A stretch of DNA of 20,225 nucleotides, from contig JAISCD010000019.1 in NCBI GenBank assembly GCA_031265825.1, forward strand, positions 1 through 20,225, read 5' to 3'. The position numbers and the translations under genes were made by a program. The first letter of the stretch is position 1, and every line of letters begins with the position of its first letter. The DNA is from Treponema sp. (lineage in GTDB: Bacteria; Spirochaetota; Spirochaetia; Treponematales; Breznakiellaceae). The notes beneath the pieces were generated by a model that was not told where the DNA came from, did not search any database, and saw nothing but the letters and a program-made list of their open reading frames with translations. Positions 8,932-16,134 of this stretch are shown piece after piece.

Positions 8932-9245
8932 TTAATTCTCAGAGAGCCAACATCCACTCTCAGAGAGCCGATGTCCACTCTCAGAGACCCGTCATCCACT
9001 CTCAGAGACCCGATTTCCACTCTCAAAGAGCCGACATCCATTCTCAAAGAGCCGACGTCCACTCTCAGAGAGCCGATTTCCACTCTCAGAGAGCCGACTT
9101 CCACTCTCAAAGACCCGACGTCCTCTCTCAGAGACCCGACGTCCTCTCTTTTAGTCCCGACGTCCACTCTCAAAGAACCGACATCCACTCTCAGAGAGCC
9201 GACATCCACTCTCGGAGACCCGACGTCCACTCTCAAAGAGCCGAC
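8932..9245. repeat. tandem array B: about 15 units of the same 21-bp repeat (consensus tccactctcagagagccgacRt), in direct orientation to array A
   Basis: Direct inspection. The core palindrome ctctcAgagag (5-1-5) is cleaner here than in array A. On the minus strand the array lies 94 bp upstream of the endonuclease start codon. Confidence 0.95.
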
Positions 9246-9286
9246 GTCGGGTCTTTGAAAGTGAGTGGATACTCTCTGAGTATCCG
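9226..9286. repeat. terminal inverted repeat unit and hairpin pair closing array B
   Basis: The last unit is followed by its own near-exact reverse complement (ctcaaagagccgac|gtcgggtctttgaaag). A perfect 8-3-8 palindrome ggatactc-tct-gagtatcc follows, and it embeds the repeat core in inverted form. Confidence 0.7.
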
Positions 9287-9311
9287 ATACCGCGTTCTCG
9301 ATGGGTGCAGG

Positions 9312-9794
9312 TTAGGTTTCCGTCTCAACCTCGCTGGGTGTCCGCTTGCCGCCGGGGAAGCGGGTTCTCAGTTCCTCGTAGACCGCCTTTGCGCCGGGTA
9401 TATCCTGTTCCGCCGCCATTTTGACAGACTTGTAAAACACGAGGGCGGCTTGATAGGCTTCGCTTCCAGCTATCATTTCCGTGTCTTCTATGTTCTCATC
9501 AAGTTGCCGAATACTGTTGGCAAGCGTCCAAAGCCCGTGGGCGTCGTCAAAATCCACGCCGAAAGCGATTATATCAAGGTAGGTTGGGACAAAATTCGGA
9601 TTCTTCTTGGCAAAATCGTAGGATTTCTCCACAAAACTTATGGTTTTCTCACCCATTTTAGGCAATTCGTGCCGTTCAGTCGGGGTCAGAGCCATCACAT
9701 AGGGGGCTAAAAGCGTCTTGACCTCGTCAATCTTGGTCTGCGCCTGCGTCAAAACATCCTGCGGTATGGCTTGGACGTGTTTATTATCCTTCAT
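9312..9794 (-). CDS. hypothetical protein (160 aa)
   Basis: Clean ORF with a GAGGAG RBS (ttgactttGAGGAGattATG). Its GC content matches the housekeeping genes. No recognisable family. Confidence 0.6.
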   Translation of the reverse strand: MKDNKHVQAIPQDVLTQAQTKIDEVKTLLAPYVMALTPTERHELPKMGEKTISFVEKSYDFAKKNPNFVPTYLDIIAFGVDFDDAHGLWTLANSIRQLDENIEDTEMIAGSEAYQAALVFYKSVKMAAEQDIPGAKAVYEELRTRFPGGKRTPSEVETET

Positions 9795-10067
9795 AATCTC
9801 TCCTCAAAGTCAATATATAAAATAGTTTATAGAAAAATACTCTTTTTTACAAGAGGGATAATGTGGCATATCCTCACACCTTTCACACCCTTCGCGCGAG
9901 AAGCGTGTTTTAAAGGCTTCCTGTTCCGCTTGGCGTGTGGTTGGTTTGGGAGTAGCGGCGCCTTTCGAGTGTTGCGGCATTTTTTGCCAAATTTTTGTGA
10001 AAAAACTAGACGAATCTGAAATAATAGGTTAATATGTTAAAGTATATTAGTTTAGAAGGAGTTTTTT

Positions 10068-10574
10068 ATGAAAAATTATTTTAGGTTTACGCTGTTGGTT
10101 CTCGTTGTTTTCTTTTCATTTCTGTCTTGTGAAGGTCTAACGATTGCTACGGTTGATTTTGATTATAATAAATTCAAAATTGAAAGATCGGCTTGGGAAA
10201 ATTCAAGCCCGCTTAATTATCAATATAAGTTATCAAATAGTGGCGGGGGAGAATATGTTCCCATTAACACTTTAATTATTGTTGAAAATGGACAATTTAA
10301 AGAACAAACTCCTCTTTCGGAATATGGAGAAGCAGGGGAAAATTATCAAACAATACATAAAGTTTACGAAACAATAGAAGATATTTATCAAAGATATAAT
10401 AATACCCAGCAATCTAAAAAAGATTTTTATTTAACAAAAATAAAAATAGAATATGATTCAAATCATGTTCCTCTAAAAACAGAGTATTATTATTACATTC
10501 CTCCATATTTAATGGATATGAGCACGTATTGGCGCTACGAAATAGAAAATTATAAAACAAATAGTAATGAGTAA
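10068..10574 (+). CDS. putative lipoprotein (168 aa), AT-rich
   Basis: GAAGGAG RBS. Signal peptide MKNYFRFTLLVLVVFFSFLSC ends in a lipobox-like FLSC with Cys at +1. The mature part is Tyr/Asn-rich and low in GC. No homolog recognised. Confidence 0.6.
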   Translation: MKNYFRFTLLVLVVFFSFLSCEGLTIATVDFDYNKFKIERSAWENSSPLNYQYKLSNSGGGEYVPINTLIIVENGQFKEQTPLSEYGEAGENYQTIHKVYETIEDIYQRYNNTQQSKKDFYLTKIKIEYDSNHVPLKTEYYYYIPPYLMDMSTYWRYEIENYKTNSNE

Positions 10575-10589
10575 TGAGGAAAGATGGGC

Positions 10590-11068
10590 GGGTGCCGCGG
10601 GTGTCAGAGACGTGAGGTGGCGGAGTAGGCGATGTCTGCGAGTGTCAGACGTGCGAGTTTTTTGGGGGTGGCGGAAGACCCGCGCAAGCGGGTCTGGAGA
10701 CAGGGGGGCGCACCGCAAGGGCGTCTGTGTGCCGTCCTCCGTTTAAGGAAAGACGCGCCCCCCTCATACAGAGAACAAATAGTAAAGAGCAGAGAGCAAT
10801 TAGTAAAGAGCAAAGGAAGAAGAGCCGTCCGAGGTGCAAACTGGGCGGCGCTTCGAGTGTCAGACATAAACAACGAATAGGCTCCGCTTGCTTGCAAGCG
10901 CACCCTTCGGGTGTTTTAAAGCGTCCTGCCTCGCCGTGCGTGTGGATTACCGAACATCGCGGAGGTTCCGCTTGCAAGGCAAGCGTAACCGTCCTGTCGG
11001 GGTCAGCGGCACACCCTTTCAAACAATAACCCGTGTGAAGTATTTAAACACCCGTTGGGTGTTTTTTT
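10590..11068 (+). repeat. GC-rich structured repeat element, copy L (inverted partner of 13152-13625)
   Basis: It aligns as a reverse complement with 13152-13625 over ~450 bp. It contains GTGTCAGAGAC and GTGTCAGAC palindromes, several stable hairpins, and an internal AGTAAAGAGC micro-repeat block. It ends in a perfect rho-independent terminator. The last ~20 codons of mazG are read from it on the opposite strand. Confidence 0.85.
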
Positions 11069-11851
11069 AGCTTCTTGCCAATATTTTTCCATGAGCGCAA
11101 GATTTTCATGATTCATCGCTTGAGATGATGCCCGCATTTGCTGTTCAATGTACTTGAATCGTTGAATGAACTTGGCGTTTGTCCGTCTCAGAGCGAGCGA
11201 AGGTTCCACTTTGAGAAAACGGCACAGGTTCACCGTTGCGAAAAGCAGATCCCCAAGCTCCTCTTCGAGGAATTCGGAGCGAGACGGATCGTTTTTTGCC
11301 AATTCCGCCATTACTTCGCCGATCTCTTCTTGGATTTTATCCACGACTTCCTCAGGTTTATCCCAATCAAAGCTCATTTTGGCGGCTTTTTTCTGCAATT
11401 TAAAGGCGCGGTCAAGGGGCGGCAAAGCGTTGGAGACTTCGTCCATGACAGAATCCTTCGGGGCGCGCCCCTCTTGCTCGATCTTTATCTTCTCCCAGTT
11501 ACGGAGAACCTCGGCGCTGTCCCCGACCTCAACGTCTCCAAATACGTGCGGGTGGCGGCGCGTGAGCTTTTCCGCAACACCCGCCAGAACATCGGAAACC
11601 GAGAAAAGCCCCGCCTGCTCGTGCATATAGGACAACATGACCGCGAGGAGAAAGACGTCCCCCAATTCTTCCTTGATATGCTCAGGGTCTCCCTCATCTA
11701 TGGCTTCGATACATTCATAAGTCTCTTCGATAAGCCCCGCGCGGAGGCTCGAAGGGGTTTGTTCCCTGTCCCACGGGCATCCATCGGGCGCGCGGAGTCT
11801 GGCAATGACGTTGTATAAATCCCTGAAGGTTTTTTCTAATTCGTTAATCAT
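11003..11851 (-). CDS. mazG: nucleoside triphosphate pyrophosphohydrolase MazG (tandem MazG domains)
   Basis: N-terminus MINELEKTFRDLYNVIARLRAPDGCPWDREQT with the EExGDxF motif and a second MazG domain (EELGDLLF). The C-terminal ~20 aa lie inside repeat element L. Confidence 0.9.
   Translation of the reverse strand: MINELEKTFRDLYNVIARLRAPDGCPWDREQTPSSLRAGLIEETYECIEAIDEGDPEHIKEELGDVFLLAVMLSYMHEQAGLFSVSDVLAGVAEKLTRRHPHVFGDVEVGDSAEVLRNWEKIKIEQEGRAPKDSVMDEVSNALPPLDRAFKLQKKAAKMSFDWDKPEEVVDKIQEEIGEVMAELAKNDPSRSEFLEEELGDLLFATVNLCRFLKVEPSLALRRTNAKFIQRFKYIEQQMRASSQAMNHENLALMEKYWQEAKKTPNGCLNTSHGLLFERVCR
11047..11068 (+). terminator. intrinsic terminator (aacaccc-gtt-gggtgt followed by TTTTTTT)
   Basis: A perfect 6-bp GC-rich stem, a 3-nt loop and a 7-T run on the + strand. 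On the minus strand the same hairpin is followed by tttaaatactt, which makes a weaker terminator for mazG. Confidence 0.7.
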
Positions 11852-11915
11852 GCTTGATTATACTTCAAGGAAAGGAGGCTTTACAAGACCGCAACTTTGA
11901 ATGTAGAATAGGCTT

Positions 11916-13151
11916 ATGAATACAGCATTAGAAAACCTGAGAGCCCGAGGATTTTTTCGGCAATGTACAGACGCGGAGCGGTTGTCCGCGCTCATGGACG
12001 AGGGTCCTGTTACGTTTTATGTGGGGTGCGACCCTACGGGATCGAGTCTTCACATCGGACACATGGTACCGTTTTTTGCGTTTCGGCACTTGCGCGCCGC
12101 GGGTCATCGTGGAATAGCCCTGATCGGCGGCGGTACGTCCCGCATCGGGGATCCTTCTGGCAAAACGTCCATGCGTCAAATGCTTGATTACGAGAAATTG
12201 GACGAAAACGCCGCTTCTATTACAAGGCAATTGGATGCTTTCTTGAACTTTGACGGACAAAATGCCTTCACCGCCAACAATAAGGATTGGCTCGCGGAAC
12301 TTAATTACATTGATTTCCTGCGCGATATAGGGAGGCATTTCTCTGTCAATCGTATGCTTTCCTTCGAGGCTTATCGTCTCCGTATGGAAACCGGGCTTTC
12401 GTTTCTTGAATTCAACTATCAGTTATTGCAGAGTTACGATTTCCTGCAATTATTCCGTAAACACGGGTGTCGTCTTCAGATAGGCGGGGATGATCAGTGG
12501 GGCAATATTGTCGCGGGTTCGGACTTGATTCGGCGGATTGACGGCGCGGAGGTGTTTGGTCTCACGTTCCCGCTTATCACCACAGCGGACGGCAAGAAGA
12601 TGGGCAAGACCGAGAAGGGCGCGCTCTTTCTTGACCCGTCTATCACTTCGCCTTATGACTTCTTCCAATATTGGCGGAATGTTCAGGACGCGGATATTAG
12701 GCGTTTCCTGCTCATGTTCACGTTTCTCTCTGTCGAAGAATGTACGGCTCTTACTGCGGAGGGCACGAGTCCCAACAACGCGAAGGAAAGGCTTGCCTGG
12801 GAGGTAACGGCTCTCATACACGGGAGGGATGCGGCGAATCGCGCGCTTGCCGGCGCACGCGCGAGTTTCGGCGGTTCGGGTGGCGATAAGTCCGCGGTAC
12901 CGACCGTCTCTCTTGCTATGGATAAGTTCGACGCGGGTTATAACATCGTCGATTTGTTCACAGATGCGGGGCTTTGTTCCACGAAGAGCGAGGCGCGGCG
13001 TCTTGTCCAGCAGGGCGGCGCATTTGTGAGCTGTGACGACGAGGGGTTCGTAGCCATAACGGATCCGAAAGCCGTGGTGGGTTTTTCAGAAGAATTGGTT
13101 CTTCGTGCAGGCAAGAAGCGCACCCTTCGGCTGCACCCGAAGGCTGTTTAA
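11916..13151 (+). CDS. tyrS: tyrosine--tRNA ligase
   Basis: Class I motifs HIGH (SLHIGHMVPF) and KMSKS (KKMGKTE) are present. A C-terminal S4-like domain ends the protein. It is divergent from mazG with a 64-bp intergenic gap, too short for a T-box leader. Confidence 0.95.
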   Translation: MNTALENLRARGFFRQCTDAERLSALMDEGPVTFYVGCDPTGSSLHIGHMVPFFAFRHLRAAGHRGIALIGGGTSRIGDPSGKTSMRQMLDYEKLDENAASITRQLDAFLNFDGQNAFTANNKDWLAELNYIDFLRDIGRHFSVNRMLSFEAYRLRMETGLSFLEFNYQLLQSYDFLQLFRKHGCRLQIGGDDQWGNIVAGSDLIRRIDGAEVFGLTFPLITTADGKKMGKTEKGALFLDPSITSPYDFFQYWRNVQDADIRRFLLMFTFLSVEECTALTAEGTSPNNAKERLAWEVTALIHGRDAANRALAGARASFGGSGGDKSAVPTVSLAMDKFDAGYNIVDLFTDAGLCSTKSEARRLVQQGGAFVSCDDEGFVAITDPKAVVGFSEELVLRAGKKRTLRLHPKAV

Positions 13152-13625
13152 CGACTTCACACGGGTTGTTGTACGAAAGGCGGACCCGCTGTCCCCGCAC
13201 CCTTCGGGTGTTGGACAACTTCACAATGGTTGTTGTTTGAAAGGTTGACCCGCTGACCCCGTCTTGACGGTTACGCTTGTCTTGCAAGCGGAACCTGCTC
13301 GTTGTTTATGTCTGACACCCGAAGCACACCCGAAGCGCCGCCCGGCTTGCACCTCGGACGGCTCTTCTTCCTTTGCTCATTGCTCATTACTAACTGCTAA
13401 TTGCTCTCTCCCCTCTGCTAACTGCTAACTATTCATTACTCACTAGTATGAGGGGGGCGCATCTTTCCCTAAACGTGATTGGCACACAGACGCCCTTGCG
13501 GTGCGCCCCCCTGTCTCCAGACCGCCCCCGCGTGGCGGGTTTAAAAGGGGCGGTCTTCCGCCACCCCCCAAAACTTGCACCTCTGACACCATCGCCTCCG
13601 CCCGCCTGCCGGTGCCTACCCGCCG
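13152..13625 (-). repeat. GC-rich structured repeat element, copy R (inverted partner of 10590-11068)
   Basis: Reverse-complement alignment with copy L. It starts exactly at the tyrS stop. It contains a tandem internal duplication of a ~47-bp module (13154-13200 and 13215-13262), an expanded TTAGCAG-type micro-repeat block, and a hairpin whose stem sequence differs from L while staying complementary. Confidence 0.85.
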
Positions 13626-13676
13626 TCCGTCTTTCCTCTTTGCTATCTGCTTTATTATTTGCTCTTTTTTATTTGG

Positions 13677-13890
13677 TGTCAGGCATCGCCCCGAAACTCC
13701 GCCCTGTGCCTGCGGTGTCAGACATCGCCTTACTCCACCGCCCGGCGTGGTGTCAGTCATTATACTTTTATGTCTGCGTACCGGGGGTGCGGCGGCGTGC
13801 GTGCGGTGTCAGACATGGGCTATTCAGCGTGGTGTCAGACACTATACCTGCGTATCGGGACATAGGCTTATTACGGCTAGGTGTCAGACA
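13677..13890 (+). repeat. row of six direct GGTGTCAGACAY palindromic motifs spaced at 30-57 bp
   Basis: Motif starts at 13677, 13716, 13750, 13807, 13837 and 13881, all in the same orientation. The core GTGTC-A-GACAC is a 5-1-5 palindrome. Confidence 0.85.
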
Positions 13891-14172
13891 TCTTGTCTTA
13901 ACTCTGCGCCATCTTGTCTTAACTCTGCGCCATCTTGTCTCAACTCTGCACCATCTTGTCTCAACTCCGCGCCATCTTGTCTCAACTCCGCTCCATCTTG
14001 TCTTAACTCTGCTCCATCTTGTCTTAACTCTGCTCCATCTTGTCTCAACTCTGCGGCATCTTGTCTCAACTCTACGCCATCTTGTCTCAACTCTGTCGTA
14101 TCTTGTCTTAACTCTGCGCCATCTTGTCTCAACTCTGCGCCATCTTGTCTCAACTCTATGGCATCTTGTCTC
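13889..14172. repeat. tandem array C: about 13.5 units of a different 21-bp repeat (catcttgtctYaactctgcgc)
   Basis: Direct inspection. The array is bracketed on both sides by GTCAGACAT motifs. The left boundary forms a 5-3-5 palindrome agaca-tct-tgtct. Confidence 0.95.
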
Positions 14173-14189
14173 TGTCAGACATCGGGACT

Positions 14190-14282
14190 ATGTTTGGGGA
14201 GGGGGTAGCGTAAGACCGATCCTTTTAAACCAGCTACGCGGGGGACGAGCTGGAGACAGGGGGCGCACCACAAGGATATGAG
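14190..14282 (+). repeat. third, partial copy of the element core (same orientation as copy L)
   Basis: aagaccgatccttttaaaccagctacgcgggggacgagctggagacagggggcgcaccacaagg matches the L/R core (ggcggaagacc...ctggagacaggggggcgcaccgcaagg). Confidence 0.7.
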
Positions 14283-14332
14283 AAAGTCCGCGTGCGCGCG
14301 GATTTGTCTGTTCTGTATTTACTAAATGTTAC

Positions 14333-14343
14333 GGGGGGGGGGG
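14333..14343 (+). repeat. homopolymeric G tract (11 G)
   Basis: Counted directly in the sequence. It is the longest homopolymer in the window and lies ~620 bp upstream of the SPFH operon. Confidence 0.9.
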
Positions 14344-14964
14344 TAGATCGCTCGTATTCCCACAAACAGCCTTCTATAGCGGCTTGCGGGCTTCCAAAGA
14401 CGAGAAAGTTCTCTATGCGCTTGTCGTTTCTGCATAGTATTTACCCAAAAGACAGAAATTGTCAAACGCATTTGACTATAAATGCTTGCTTTACAGATAA
14501 GTTTACGTTATAATAGCAGTACGAGCCAAAGCTGAGGCTTTAGAGCCTCGCGGCGCCGCTCCGCTGGAATACGGCGTGCCGACTCGCAAGGGTTTGTAAC
14601 TACAGACTTGCATGGACTCCGTAATAACGCGGCTGACTTGTCAAGACCGCGTCTTATTATTGAAATATCATCCATGCTCCATGCGTCAGCGTGCGCAAAA
14701 CAAAAGCGCTAAGTCTTAAGTGAAGATCTTAGTAAGCATGGTTAGGAATAGCCTTATTATTCCGCAACGCCGAAGACGGTAAAGGGTCGGCAACCCTTGC
14801 GCGGCACCGGATACCGCCGCTCTGTTTCTTGTCGATGCGCCCGTTTCGAGAAACGCGACTTTCGCTTTTTACAAACGGACGCGGACGCTCAGAACATACA
14901 GGCTCAAAGAGCCGCCCGTTTGTCTGCCTCGACTTCGGCGTTTTATCAGTTTTAGGAGAGAAAA

Positions 14965-16116
14965 ATGCAAATCTTACAAGAAGAACGCGGTCTGCTTTAC
15001 CGAAGAGACGAATATAAAAGACTGCTTATGCCCGGAAAATATTTTATCCCACCCGGCTGTCGAGTGGAACGCTATTGTATCGACGAACCGTTCAACCCTG
15101 ATAATCATAACATCAACGGACTTTTGGAACAGGATAAAGCCATCGCCGAAAATCTTGACGTCATTGAAGTCCCAGATGGACGCCTCCTCCTCGTCCATGA
15201 GAACGGCAACCTCATCGGCGCGTTTCTTGGCGACAACAGGAAAGTCTGCTATTGGAAGTTTTCTCGTTCAGTTGGTAGCGAGAGAACACGCAAGTTTACC
15301 TTGGTTGACCTTAACGATGCGGAAAGCGCGAAAAACTTGGACCGCGCCGTGTTGACTCATCCACTGGTAACAAGGTTGAATATCGTGTTGAGATGCGACG
15401 TCAAGAGCTGGGAGAAAGGACTCCTCTTCATAGACGATCAATTCATCCACCTTTTGGAAAGCGGCGTTCATTTCTTCTGGGACGTGGATATAAACAGCGA
15501 GGGACAGGGACGCATTGAAATAGTAAAGACCGATCTCAGGCAACAACAGATTGATATTTCAGGGCAGGAAATTATGACCGCGGATAAGACGCCCCTCCGC
15601 GTCAACTTCTTCTGCCGCTACCGCGTCATTGATATAATGAAGTCCATACTCAGTATAAAAGACTTGAGAGAACAGTTTTATACAGCTCTGCAAATCGTTC
15701 TCCGCGAATATCTTGGTTCTCTTACTTTCGACGCGCTCATGGAAAAACGGCGGAGTATAGCGACTGAAATGTCCGAAACGCTTCGAGAGGTCTGCGCGGG
15801 TTTCGGGCTTGAATTCATAGGCGCGGGTATAAAGGACATCATCCTACCCGGCGAAATCCGCGAAATCATGAACCAAGTTCTCATCGCGGAGAAGAAGGCT
15901 CAGGCAAACGTCGTTATGCGGCGGGAAGAAACCGCCTCGACGCGGAGTCTCCTCAACACGGCAAAACTTATGGAAGAAAATACGGTACTTGCCCGTTTGA
16001 AAGAGATGGAGTATATTGAACGTATTGCTTTGAATATTAAGGAGATTAGCCTTTCCGGTAAATTTCAAGTATTCGACGAATTACGGACTCTGTTCACGCC
16101 GAAGAGCGGCGGTTGA
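14965..16116 (+). CDS. SPFH/band-7 (stomatin/prohibitin/HflKC-like) domain protein with an uncharacterised N-terminal domain
   Basis: The C-terminal half follows the SPFH pattern (GLLFIDDQ...GVHFFWD...IDISGQEIMTADKTPLRVNFFCRYRVID...ILPGEIREIM). The RBS context ttttaggagagaaaaATG is identical to the one in front of htrA. Confidence 0.75.
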   Translation: MQILQEERGLLYRRDEYKRLLMPGKYFIPPGCRVERYCIDEPFNPDNHNINGLLEQDKAIAENLDVIEVPDGRLLLVHENGNLIGAFLGDNRKVCYWKFSRSVGSERTRKFTLVDLNDAESAKNLDRAVLTHPLVTRLNIVLRCDVKSWEKGLLFIDDQFIHLLESGVHFFWDVDINSEGQGRIEIVKTDLRQQQIDISGQEIMTADKTPLRVNFFCRYRVIDIMKSILSIKDLREQFYTALQIVLREYLGSLTFDALMEKRRSIATEMSETLREVCAGFGLEFIGAGIKDIILPGEIREIMNQVLIAEKKAQANVVMRREETASTRSLLNTAKLMEENTVLARLKEMEYIERIALNIKEISLSGKFQVFDELRTLFTPKSGG

Positions 16117-16134
16117 TTCAAGGAAGTAATAAAG

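Noticed and set aside
4900-9300. Transposon or integrative element carrying the R-M system
   Set aside because: No transposase, integrase, terminal inverted repeats or target-site duplication could be identified. The flanking repeats are direct tandem arrays, not IS ends.
9255-9710. ORF 9255..9710(+), 151 aa
   Set aside because: It is antisense to the RBS-supported 160-aa gene at 9312..9794(-).
10604-11070. ORFs inside element L (10632..10880+, 10645..11022-, 10727..11029+) and in element R/array C (13443..13760-, 13448..14281+, 13501..14208+, 13884..14153-)
   Set aside because: They lie in GC-rich repetitive DNA where long open frames arise by chance. Reading frames are not conserved between the L and R copies. 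No RBS is present.
11852-11915. T-box leader upstream of tyrS
   Set aside because: The mazG-tyrS intergenic region is only 64 bp, far too short for a T-box riboswitch.
4961-14172. CRISPR array interpretation of the 21-bp arrays
   Set aside because: The units are contiguous with no unique spacers. The period is 21 bp rather than ~60-70 bp repeat plus spacer, and there are no cas genes.
14281-14300. gagaaagtccgcg resembling the RNase P RNA GGAAAGUCCGG box
   Set aside because: None of the other universally conserved RNase P RNA elements (ACAGAAA or GGGUGAAA-type motifs, P4 pairing) are present downstream.
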